Shown: positions 28,867 through 37,730 of the stretch, piece by piece
Layout of the letters: each line of letters opens with the position of its first letter
Numbering within the stretch: the stretch's first letter is position 1
Source of the DNA: a virus
Lineage: Duplodnaviria; Heunggongvirae; Uroviricota; Caudoviricetes
Virus record (IMG/VR): IMGVR_UViG_3300021400_002728
Span: 197,154-261,153 of that record
DNA length: 64,000 bases
Strand: one strand, 5' to 3'
Notes under the pieces: model-generated
Told to the model about the DNA's origin: nothing
Databases searched by the model: none
The model's input: the letters and a program-made list of their open reading frames with translations, nothing else
Translations under genes and position numbers: made by a program

Positions 28867-30006
28867 TTACCATCTATTAGGACCATTTTGTTTTTTCTCA
28901 TCAATTGGATATAAGAAGTCTGCTTTTTTAGCTGAATACTCTTCAGTAAAACCTTTTGTCATATAACTGTTTCGATCATGCCTTGCTATTGCAATAGCAT
29001 CTTCCTCTGTCTCAGCTGCCACATTAGATTTCCAAGTGTATGTAACTTCCCAAACACCAGTATTTGCGTTCGTATCATTATTGTCAGGTATTATTTCATC
29101 TTTCTTCTCTTCAAAGATAGCTTTACCTATAAACTTGATAAGTTCTGGCATTATCTGTCCAGGATTATGATATGTTGTAGCAAGCTCAGCAATGACATTT
29201 TTGTCTATATATTTTTCTGTATCAGTTGCCTTAATATATTGTCTTATCATAGCATTAAGTTCAACTGTAGTCATATTCTTGATCTCATGCTTTATAGAGA
29301 GTCTTCTCATAAGAGCATCATCTACAATATCAAGACGATTTGTAGCTGCAATCAATACTACATGATTAGGTAGTTTGTCAAGTTCCTGCATAATAGAGAT
29401 TGTTGTTCTTTCTAGTTCACCATCTGCTCCTTTGCTACCACCAGAACTTCGCTTTGTAGCTACACAATCAACTTCATCAAGCATCAAAACACATGGAATA
29501 GTATTACAAAACTCGAATACTTTATGAATATTCTTTGCAGTACCACCCATATATGAGTCAATCATAGATGAAAATGATATATAGAAAAATGGCAAGTTGA
29601 GCTTATACGCAATATACTTACCAAGTTCTGTTTTGCCTGTTCCAGATTCTCCATATAAGAGTGTTGTATTCTTATATGGGATATCTCTAAGTGACATTTC
29701 ATCAGCAACATACTTCATCTTTATTATGTCATCAACAATCGCAGATTCGCTTTCTCTAACATAATAGCGATCTGCTTTGAATCCACCAGGAGAACTTCCA
29801 ACAAGGAATGTCTGTATATCACTTGGTAGATTAGACATAAGAATGCTTGCATTACCGACAAGAAGTTTGCGATAATACTTTATCATATCAGCATTTTTCT
29901 TCGATGTATCTTCTGCAAGAGAAGCCATAGCTGCCATTCTTGCTCTGTGTATATCATTTTTTGCTATTGCCTTGATTATCTCAAGATTATTATTTGTAAG
30001 AGCCAT
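28867..30006 (-). CDS. AAA+ family ATPase
   Basis: GESGTGKT, LMLDEVD, AATNR, second region of homology DDALMRR. Confidence 0.9.
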   Translation of the reverse strand: MALTNNNLEIIKAIAKNDIHRARMAAMASLAEDTSKKNADMIKYYRKLLVGNASILMSNLPSDIQTFLVGSSPGGFKADRYYVRESESAIVDDIIKMKYVADEMSLRDIPYKNTTLLYGESGTGKTELGKYIAYKLNLPFFYISFSSMIDSYMGGTAKNIHKVFEFCNTIPCVLMLDEVDCVATKRSSGGSKGADGELERTTISIMQELDKLPNHVVLIAATNRLDIVDDALMRRLSIKHEIKNMTTVELNAMIRQYIKATDTEKYIDKNVIAELATTYHNPGQIMPELIKFIGKAIFEEKKDEIIPDNNDTNANTGVWEVTYTWKSNVAAETEEDAIAIARHDRNSYMTKGFTEEYSAKKADFLYPIDEKKQNGPNRW

Positions 30007-30079
30007 ATATTTCTCCTATACTACAATCTGACATATAAAATAATATGTCATAAATTATTGTTAAATTTCCACACTTATT

Positions 30080-30637
30080 TCATGAAGCTTTTAATTTATA
30101 TGTCGGATGATTTCTATGCATAGTATCATCTATAAAATACTGATTATAATCTCCAGTGGCTTCAAGCATTTCTCTAGTAACTACATCAAAATACTTAATT
30201 AGTTCAGCTAAAGTGTCATCTTTCTGATTATACATTAAACGTTCAAATTTATGATTTAATTGTTCATTTATAGGTCGATTAACTAATAATCTTCCCCAAC
30301 CTTCTATATCATTACAATTAAACTCACCTTGTTTAAATGAAAAATCAAATAATTCATCATAACTAGAATGTTTTCTATAGTTCTTTACAATTTTGCTAAC
30401 AATTCGTTCAATATATTGTTTAGATTTAGGACTATAAGGCTTAACTTTACGCTTTTTCATTAGAGGTTTAACGATTGGCTTAAGCAAAAATAGAATTAAA
30501 CACAAAACCCAACATACAGGTCCAGCTATAATAATGTCAAGAGTCTCAACGATATAATAACCAGAACTGTCTTTATATAAGGTTACAATCGTTAAAATCA
30601 ACGAATAGATCAAAATCGTAATTATTACTTGCAGCAT
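30080..30637 (-). CDS. membrane hypothetical protein
   Basis: two N-terminal hydrophobic segments. Confidence 0.75.
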   Translation of the reverse strand: MLQVIITILIYSLILTIVTLYKDSSGYYIVETLDIIIAGPVCWVLCLILFLLKPIVKPLMKKRKVKPYSPKSKQYIERIVSKIVKNYRKHSSYDELFDFSFKQGEFNCNDIEGWGRLLVNRPINEQLNHKFERLMYNQKDDTLAELIKYFDVVTREMLEATGDYNQYFIDDTMHRNHPTYKLKAS

Positions 30638-30666
30638 CTAAATTAGTCCTTTCTAAATACTTAAAT

Positions 30667-30725
30667 AAAATGACCTGCCTAAAAGACAAGTCATTTTTCA
30701 CATTCACACTATTAATAATAAATAG
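30667..30725 (-). promoter_or_regulatory. repeated promoter-like + hairpin element, copy 10
   Basis: same motif as 441-510. Confidence 0.8.
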
Positions 30726-30767
30726 TTTTTCTTATATTTAGTTTACATAAATTAATGTTTATTTGAT

Positions 30768-31316
30768 TTATGCTATTAAAGAAGAAATATGATATCCTCT
30801 AACAAAATCATATGTTTCTTCAACATTTAAAAGTGTTTTAGCTGTATCTTCAACAAAAATTATTTCTTTATTGTGCTTATTATAAATTTCTTTTAACTTT
30901 TCCAGTTTTTCTTTTGAATTTCTGACATGAATAACATTTTCTTCTTTTACCGTTGGAAAAAATTTTTTTATAGCTTTATTTTTTCCTTTTTCAACATTTT
31001 CTTGTGTTACTGTTAAAATATAAACATCTTCTTCATATAATTCATTTAATATATATTGCATTGTTTTAGGAATCTTAACGTTTTCATAAATATTATTTAA
31101 CTTTGAATACTCATTTATATCGTCATCCTTACAAGGAAGAAGTCTATCAGTTGCATAATCAAAATGTGTTAATGTTCCATCAAAATCAAATACAACTGTT
31201 TTAAATTTTAATAAAGATATAAGGTTCAAAACATTTCTTATATATTCGTCTTTTAAGCTAGATATATCAATATCATTTAACATCCTTCCAGCGTTCATAA
31301 TATTATCGCCAAACAT
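30768..31316 (-). CDS. HAD-superfamily hydrolase
   Basis: VVFDFDGTL motif I, ILT motif II, K, FVED motif IV. Confidence 0.75.
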   Translation of the reverse strand: MFGDNIMNAGRMLNDIDISSLKDEYIRNVLNLISLLKFKTVVFDFDGTLTHFDYATDRLLPCKDDDINEYSKLNNIYENVKIPKTMQYILNELYEEDVYILTVTQENVEKGKNKAIKKFFPTVKEENVIHVRNSKEKLEKLKEIYNKHNKEIIFVEDTAKTLLNVEETYDFVRGYHISSLIA

Positions 31317-31405
31317 ATATTAAGCCTACTTTCTTTTAGAATAACTTTGATAAAACACTTTTTATAATATATAAGTTATTCTACATATAAAATTAGTTTT
31401 TTCTT

Positions 31406-33223
31406 TTATATAATAAACACTTGAATTGACTCATATTCTTTCTTTTGATTACCGTCTTTTCTAGTAAAATGACTAGATTTCTGTTGTAAAATAATCTCTT
31501 CTACAAAAGAATAACCTAAATCCAAGATTTGTTTATTCATATCTTTCTTAAATCTTTGATTGATTTGATAAGCAACTATCTTACAATCAGATTTCTGAAT
31601 AACTGATTTCCACCAAGTTAAAAACTCTTCATAAGAAAGATTCTCTGCACCATTATCAGTATAGATTTCAGTATTCCAATATGGTGGACAAGTAAATAAT
31701 ATATTACTAGTAAAGCTACCTTTACTTGAATCCCCATACTTAACTGTAGCATTGATATTATACTTATCAATCAAAGTATTAAGACCTTCCACAACATTAT
31801 CATTTATATCAAATCCTAAATATCTGATTCCATATTGATGACAAGTAAGCAGTCTCTCACCCCAACCAGAACAAGGGTCATATATAGTAGAAGGCTTATA
31901 TTTTTCAATAAACTGTATCATACCAGTATTATCAAATGTACTATACTTTCTAAGTTTACCAGAAATACTAAGTCCATTTAATAAGGCAAGATTAGAAAGT
32001 TGATGTGGTAACTTATCTAAATACTTGTATCTGTTTATGAATAGCTCACCTAATACCAATGGATTATCAAGCATTTCAATTTCTCTTTTAAAATACTCAT
32101 TCCAGTTAGCAAGTTTAGCTATTTGAGTCACATTCTTAATTTTGTCTGGAAGTGTGTCATGTTCAGAAAAGTCTCTGTTAAATATAAACATAAACTCTTC
32201 TTCTGACCAACATACTAGATAATTAAGATTGTTTTGCTGAGCAGTCTCTAACTTCTTTAAGTCTGATTCAGTCCATACATGAATAGCTATGTCAAAAAAT
32301 TTAGTATGCTTTGCTTTCCATTCTTCTAAAACTTTAATATCTTCTGAATTATTAGAATCAAAGAAATGACCACCATGTGTCCAAAAGAAATTACATTCTA
32401 CATATAAATCTAACTCAGGCACATACATATCACATTCAAATGGATAAACATCTGAAGTATAATGATGTACAGCATTAGGAAATATAGACTGTAATAAATC
32501 ATAACATTTATCTTCTGACTGAGATTTTCCATAGGTTCCATGCTCATGTAGAGTTCTTCTACGTTTAACCTTAAATTCTTCAGAACCTAAATATTGTCTA
32601 CTTTTGTTAGACTTCCCATAATTATCATAGCCATATCTGGACAGCATTGTAGATTTACCTTTTTCTCTAACTTCCTTAGATTTCATAGGGTTATCTACAC
32701 CATAATGCTCCATATATGATTGTTTCTTCTTTTCAAGAACTTCTGAGGAAGCATAAACATTATCTACTCCATAACGTTCTTGAACTGTTTGCTTACACTT
32801 TTCTCTATTAGTAAAAGTAGAGTTGCCATATCGCTTTTCTTTAGTAGCAGCAATTTTCTTAGCTGTTTCTGAACTAGCCATTCCAACTCCACCATGATTT
32901 TCAATAATAGTTTGTTTAATTTTCTGTTTTACTTCATCTGCTTGAAATGGATTTTCTACTCCATACTTTTCTAAATTAGTCTGTCTAGCTTTCTTTAGTC
33001 TAGACTTAGCATTTGCAGAATTTTTTTCTGACATTATTTTAGCTCTACATTTTTTACAACGTCCTCTTTGTTGATAAAGTTTACTTGGTAATATTTCAAA
33101 ATCACCATGTTCTTTACAAGTAACAATAATAGGAGTTGTATAAGATTTCCAATCTATATTAGAAAAATCATACTCTGGAAATAACTTTTCACATTTTTCT
33201 AAAAATTGTTCCTTTGTAATCAT
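31406..33223 (-). CDS. homing-type endonuclease (Zn-ribbon, KYGV repeats, Vsr/PD-(D/E)xK-like) fused to an amino-DNA-methyltransferase domain
   Basis: CKEHG..CKKC; repeated 'TNLEKYGVEN'; CDMYVPELDLYVECNFFWTH; IYDPCSGWGERL (SAM motif) and FTCPPYW (catalytic-like motif); start at MITKE behind AAGGAG. Confidence 0.8.
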   Translation of the reverse strand: MITKEQFLEKCEKLFPEYDFSNIDWKSYTTPIIVTCKEHGDFEILPSKLYQQRGRCKKCRAKIMSEKNSANAKSRLKKARQTNLEKYGVENPFQADEVKQKIKQTIIENHGGVGMASSETAKKIAATKEKRYGNSTFTNREKCKQTVQERYGVDNVYASSEVLEKKKQSYMEHYGVDNPMKSKEVREKGKSTMLSRYGYDNYGKSNKSRQYLGSEEFKVKRRRTLHEHGTYGKSQSEDKCYDLLQSIFPNAVHHYTSDVYPFECDMYVPELDLYVECNFFWTHGGHFFDSNNSEDIKVLEEWKAKHTKFFDIAIHVWTESDLKKLETAQQNNLNYLVCWSEEEFMFIFNRDFSEHDTLPDKIKNVTQIAKLANWNEYFKREIEMLDNPLVLGELFINRYKYLDKLPHQLSNLALLNGLSISGKLRKYSTFDNTGMIQFIEKYKPSTIYDPCSGWGERLLTCHQYGIRYLGFDINDNVVEGLNTLIDKYNINATVKYGDSSKGSFTSNILFTCPPYWNTEIYTDNGAENLSYEEFLTWWKSVIQKSDCKIVAYQINQRFKKDMNKQILDLGYSFVEEIILQQKSSHFTRKDGNQKKEYESIQVFII

Positions 33224-33312
33224 TTTTATTTCTCCTTCATAGAAATATAATAAGCAGCTTAGTGATGAAGGCACTATTACTCAAAGGCTCATGACTTCCT
33301 TTGCTCCCTGCA
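33224..33312 (-). ncRNA. structured 5' leader (3-way junction + kissing loop over the RBS), copy A
   Basis: covaries with 35258-35345; loop CCTTCAT complementary to loop ATGAAGG. Confidence 0.65.
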
Positions 33313-33320
33313 TTATTAAC

Positions 33321-34164
33321 TTAATTGTAGAGATACTCGTATATCTCCAATGCAGTCATTTCTTTTTCTTCGCCGGCTACACGAACTTTAATTTTTTCGT
33401 CTTTATCAAACTCACGACCGGTAATCCAAATTTTACCAGTCCAGTCTGTGGGCTTATAGTCTGCGACGTCATTCAAACCAATTTTCTGCATCTTCTTATT
33501 ACGAGAATACATAACTGAACGTCCAATTCTTAAAATCTCTGCAGCCTCTTGAACAGAGTTAGCAACGGCAACTACACCATTCATTCCCTTAAAAGGATAA
33601 ACATTATTAGACTATATCATATTCTCTAATTAGAGAACCCTACCACTTCGATTTAATAGACTGATATTAGACTAATCTCATCTAAATGCTAACCATATTG
33701 GCTCTACTCTACTTACTTCGTGCAAATGCCTTATTTTCATACCGTATTTCAGGTCCTATAGCTTTCGATAGTCGTTGAACCCGTCTCTGTTACCAAGACT
33801 TGGCTGCTGATTTTCCATTCTTATAACCCTTAGGATTTAACCATAGGTCATCCAAATTATTTTTTCTGCTTTCGCTGCATATCACGTTTAGTATTTCTCT
33901 TACGTTGTAGCTAATTTGGCATTAGGTTCGTATTCATTATAAGAATACTGTTCCAGCAATTCAATAGGGAATTTTTCACGCATGTCACCATACGCGGGAG
34001 CTTCATCCTTTAAAAACGCACTCCGTTTGCTTTATGTCTACAAGCGCAACCGATATTTTATTATTATGTTCGATTCTTTAGGCTTTCGCCTAAATACAAT
34101 GGAATATGACATTCCTCAAAGTGACACTATTGTGCGAAATGAGTCCTCGTTTAGCTGTCTCCAT
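33321..34164 (-). CDS. fragmented FtsK/SpoIIIE-like ATPase middle segment with N-terminal intein C-tag; join(34164..34093, 34071..34020, 33601..33321), 134 aa
   Basis: GGAGG RBS; reconstructed METAKRGLISHN|SVTLRNVIFHCI-EHNNKISVALVDIKQTE-FYPFKGMNGVVAVANSVQEAAEILRIGRSVMYSRNKKMQKIGLNDVADY follows the FtsK pattern between Walker A and Walker B. Confidence 0.75.
33602..34019 (-). mobile_element. group I self-splicing intron (418 nt, no internal ORF; IA-like)
   Basis: P AATTGCTGGAA (33961-33951), Q AATCAGCAG (33812-33804), R GTTCAACGACTA (33780-33769), S ATGATATAGTCT (33620-33609); P1 GGAGT/GCTCC with U.G at the splice site; P10 AAAGGATGAA/TTTATCCTTT; terminal G; splicing restores the frame. Confidence 0.9.
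34072..34095 (-). other. candidate translational bypass (ribosome hop) element
   Basis: ATT TAG GCG AAA GCC TAA AGA ATC: Ile take-off, stop inside TTTAGGC-GAAA-GCCTAAA hairpin, Ile landing 21 nt later. Confidence 0.6.
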
Positions 34165-35257
34165 TGTAATCATCACCTCCTTTTATAAACTGTTTAGTTT
34201 GAGCTATATTTTTACATTTTCTACAACAGTACATTTGATAACCTCTAGTGAAGTTAATATACTTAGTAGGTTTATTACAAACTAAACATTTCCCTTCATT
34301 ATTAGATTTTATATATGTATCATAATATTCTTTGCAAGTAATCTGTTCATTAAATCTAATATGTGCAGACAGATAATTACCATTTTGAAAAGTCTGATTA
34401 CATATTAGACATGTCATTGGATTATTTTTTATTTTAGGTACATATACAATAGTTCTTGGTTTATCATACTTAAATTTTTTATACCAATATTTATCTTTAT
34501 ACTTCTCTTCACAATACTCTAAATATTGCTTAATATCACTATATGACCATACTATAATGTTGTTTGTATCAATGCATTTTTGTTTATCAGAGTCTTTTAA
34601 TGTGCCATCTGAATTTAGATATTGATTACCTTTAACTTCTATAATATCAGCATTTATTTTAAAGTCAGGAAAATATTTATGTGTAATATTATTTGAGTCA
34701 GTATAAGTCAATATGATAGGTAAACGTTCTATAGGTATATTATGATCTTTATGCCAAATATATACGGCAACTTCCCAAGATGAATCAAATAATTGATTAT
34801 CATAACTATAATATTTTCTAGACTGTTGGATATTTTTGTCTTGCATTGGATGTTCAACACCATATTTAGCTAAACTGTTCTTCTTATGTTCAACCTTAAA
34901 ATAATCAGTTTTGAATATTTCATCTTGTCCATATTTAGCTTTTATAGTTTTCCTAATCTTAGATCTAACTTCTTTAGAACTTAATACACTTTCTACACCA
35001 TATCTTTCTAGATTAGTGTCTTTATGTTTCTGTTTACATTGTTCTGTATTATGAGAACATCGTAAGCAATATTCAAAATATCCATATATAACATTTTTGA
35101 ACTTAGTAGGTTTTCCGCAGGTTTTACAAAATCCATCATTGGTTTTATGTAAATAAGTATCATAGTATTGTTTAGTTTCTATTTTATGTGCTTGCTTAAT
35201 ATGTCCTCCAAATCCAATATTAGATTCAAATTCTTTTCCACAAATAAGACATTTCAT
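34151..35257 (-). CDS. homing-type endonuclease (Zn fingers, KYGV repeats, TnsA-like PD-(D/E)xK)
   Basis: CLICG..H...H, CKTCG; FDSSWE, YFPDF, IIEVKG; duplicated Zn module at C-terminus. Confidence 0.8.
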   Translation of the reverse strand: MKCLICGKEFESNIGFGGHIKQAHKIETKQYYDTYLHKTNDGFCKTCGKPTKFKNVIYGYFEYCLRCSHNTEQCKQKHKDTNLERYGVESVLSSKEVRSKIRKTIKAKYGQDEIFKTDYFKVEHKKNSLAKYGVEHPMQDKNIQQSRKYYSYDNQLFDSSWEVAVYIWHKDHNIPIERLPIILTYTDSNNITHKYFPDFKINADIIEVKGNQYLNSDGTLKDSDKQKCIDTNNIIVWSYSDIKQYLEYCEEKYKDKYWYKKFKYDKPRTIVYVPKIKNNPMTCLICNQTFQNGNYLSAHIRFNEQITCKEYYDTYIKSNNEGKCLVCNKPTKYINFTRGYQMYCCRKCKNIAQTKQFIKGGDDYNGDS

Positions 35258-35345
35258 GCTATTTCTCCTTAATAGAAATATAATAAAGCAGCTTGATGAT
35301 TAAGGCATCATTATCTCTTTGGTTAGCTAGACCAAAGCTACCTGT
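35258..35345 (-). ncRNA. structured 5' leader, copy B
   Basis: same architecture as 33224-33312; loop CCTTAAT complementary to loop ATTAAGG. Confidence 0.65.
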
Positions 35346-35408
35346 TATATTATTAAATAGCCTATATGAAAAAGAGACATACCAAGCTTGATATGTCTCC
35401 TTTAAATG

Positions 35409-35744
35409 TTAATTTGTCCAAACTCCATCTTTGTAATATACCGTACCTAAGTTAAAACTAAACTTCCAACCAGTTTTCATATATTTGTCGTCATATAATC
35501 CAGCGTCTATAACAGCTTCATAGTCATTTTCTGTACCACCTTCAAGTGGATTTAAAGTAAGTCGTACAAAGTATGGTTTTCCATCTCGCTGTGTATCTGG
35601 TGCAATAGAATAATAACACTGATCAGTTTCATTATAGAATAAAGTTGGAAATTTGAGTTTAAACAAAGTAAAGAGTACAATTGTTGCATCAAAAAAATCA
35701 TCTGTGCGAATAAGGTCAGTGTAGAAATCAGCGTCTTTTGTCAT
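35409..35744 (-). CDS. hypothetical protein
   Basis: ORF with AAGGA RBS. Confidence 0.7.
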   Translation of the reverse strand: MTKDADFYTDLIRTDDFFDATIVLFTLFKLKFPTLFYNETDQCYYSIAPDTQRDGKPYFVRLTLNPLEGGTENDYEAVIDAGLYDDKYMKTGWKFSFNLGTVYYKDGVWTN

Positions 35745-35841
35745 AATAATTTCCTTTCTTTTTAATTAAATAGTTCCTGCCTATAAGCATAAAAAGTTTA
35801 GGCAATGGTAAAACACATCAACCTAAACTTTTTATTATATA

Positions 35842-35875
35842 ATAATATCATGCTCCTTAATATTTGTAAATAGTT
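35842..35875 (-). promoter_or_regulatory. sigmaA-type promoter
   Basis: AACTA-TTTACA-N17-TATTAT with TG. Confidence 0.65.
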
Positions 35876-35888
35876 TTTTTGAAAAAAC

Positions 35889-37382
35889 TTACTCATTTGT
35901 GTAAGATAAGTATAAAGTTTCATCAAAAGCTCTATTAAACATAGCGGTAAACTCACCTAATCGTCTACCATCTACATCAGTATCTTCCAGTTTGTAGGTA
36001 ATAAAGTCAAAGATATAACTATTGTTTTCGCCTTCAGTAATATCGAGAATACGCGTATGTTCATTTTCATCATTGAATATAGCCATTATACCGCGCATCT
36101 TTTCAAGTAAGGCACTACCATATTGTACAGTAGAATCAGTTTTTTGCCATTTACCTTCCTGTTTAGTATTATAGACTGATTTTCTAATATAGACAGTTTT
36201 TCTGATTCTATAAGTAGAGTCAATAGGCATACGTTCTGCAAACTGTTTTCTTTGATCTGACGTAAATATTGGCCACATTGCTTGTACTGAGTCTGACCAA
36301 TCACATAGATCTGACATAAACTTACTCTTAGATATTTTATTATTTATTAAGAACTCTGATAAGTAAGTATGATTTTTCTCACTAGGATGATTAAACTCAT
36401 AGTATAGCTTAAGTAACTGTAATAATAACTTTTCCAGTCGTTCAGGAATAGTTTCTTCTATAAAAGCTCTATTAACTAAATCCTCATATGAATCTTTTCC
36501 AAGTTCAATGAGTTGGTTAACATATCTGAAACTTCCTAAGTTTAAAGAATCATCTACTTCAACATTTGATACAATTGTATCTATACCATCAGTTTCAAGT
36601 CTATGAATTAAACTTTTTCTTACATATCTAAGACTTTCACGTACATAAATATTATTTAATATAAGATACATAGAATATTTGAAACAGTTGATGTATTTTT
36701 CAGAACAATTCGCTATAGTAACAATTTGTTCTACCATAGGATCCAGTTTACCATCAATAAAATCTTTTATTCTATAAGAACTCACAGCATCAGTTAAATT
36801 ATACTTTATATTAGTACTAGCGTCTCTAAGATAAGCATTTTTTGACTTAAAGGTTTCAATATACTGTTTAAATGTTTTATAATTAGTGCATAAAGTTAAA
36901 TTGTACTTTATATCATCTAAAAAGTTATGACAATCTACAATGGCTTTAAAATAATTAGATTCTTTGCCATTAAGTTCTTTATCATGTGTAGCTTTATATT
37001 TTATTCTAGCTGATTCATAATCAGATTGATTTACACTCTTGTACTGAACATATCCATTTTCATTTACACCATCTGGAATCAAATAAAAATGTAAGCAGTG
37101 ATCAGTTAAACTTCGAGTAGCATTCTCAATAATAACAATTTCAAAATGATTTGGAGTAGCCTTATAATCATCTAGAGCAAGTACTCCCCAAATATGACAA
37201 TAAGATGCTAAGTTAAGAAATTCACTTTTATATAAAAAGTCACAAAGTCGCTGTACAACTATTCTTAAGCTAAAACGATTATAATGATTAACAATATTCT
37301 TCTCGAGATAACTCTTAGATTGCTTAAGCTTCGCAAACTCATGATCTCGCTGTGTATTATAATCAATTTCTATGCCACCCAT
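35889..37382 (-). CDS. large hypothetical protein
   Basis: 497-aa ORF with GGAGGAGG RBS. Confidence 0.85.
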   Translation of the reverse strand: MGGIEIDYNTQRDHEFAKLKQSKSYLEKNIVNHYNRFSLRIVVQRLCDFLYKSEFLNLASYCHIWGVLALDDYKATPNHFEIVIIENATRSLTDHCLHFYLIPDGVNENGYVQYKSVNQSDYESARIKYKATHDKELNGKESNYFKAIVDCHNFLDDIKYNLTLCTNYKTFKQYIETFKSKNAYLRDASTNIKYNLTDAVSSYRIKDFIDGKLDPMVEQIVTIANCSEKYINCFKYSMYLILNNIYVRESLRYVRKSLIHRLETDGIDTIVSNVEVDDSLNLGSFRYVNQLIELGKDSYEDLVNRAFIEETIPERLEKLLLQLLKLYYEFNHPSEKNHTYLSEFLINNKISKSKFMSDLCDWSDSVQAMWPIFTSDQRKQFAERMPIDSTYRIRKTVYIRKSVYNTKQEGKWQKTDSTVQYGSALLEKMRGIMAIFNDENEHTRILDITEGENNSYIFDFITYKLEDTDVDGRRLGEFTAMFNRAFDETLYLSYTNE

Positions 37383-37400
37383 ATTTACCTCCTCCTTAGT

Positions 37401-37685
37401 TTAATACATAAGTCGTGTTTCTCCATGATTAGTAAGAACAAATAACGTTTCTTCTGAGTTCTTAATCTTATAATCTTTGAGTTCATACTCATAGATCTGA
37501 ATCTCAGTATCTGTAGGAATAGATTTAAGGTATAACATATCCCACTTAATATTCATAACTTTTTCTAAGTCGTCTTCAGATGCAAAATCTTTGAATCCTA
37601 AAGTTTTTCCTGAGCTATACATAAGGCCTATAAGATTTCCAGCTTTAGAAAGTTTATAGGCGTCTCTAATCAATTTTTCTAACAT
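37401..37685 (-). CDS. hypothetical protein
   Basis: ORF with AGGAGG RBS. Confidence 0.75.
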   Translation of the reverse strand: MLEKLIRDAYKLSKAGNLIGLMYSSGKTLGFKDFASEDDLEKVMNIKWDMLYLKSIPTDTEIQIYEYELKDYKIKNSEETLFVLTNHGETRLMY

Positions 37686-37730
37686 GGCTATATCCTCCTA
37701 TTTAAGTCTTTTTGACTTTTATATCATTAA

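Noticed and set aside
33321-33584. 87-aa stand-alone ORF from the track
   Set aside because: Better explained as exon 2 of the spliced gene; P1/P10 pairing and frame both fit.
31406-34019. IStron (group I intron + IS200/IS605)
   Set aside because: No TnpA/TnpB motifs; the intron ends at 33602 with frame restoration and the downstream ORF is an endonuclease-MTase.
34078-34092. Stop-codon reassignment explaining the in-frame stops
   Set aside because: Both TAG and TAA occur in the gap, TAA is the main stop, and TAG and TGA both terminate normal genes in the window.
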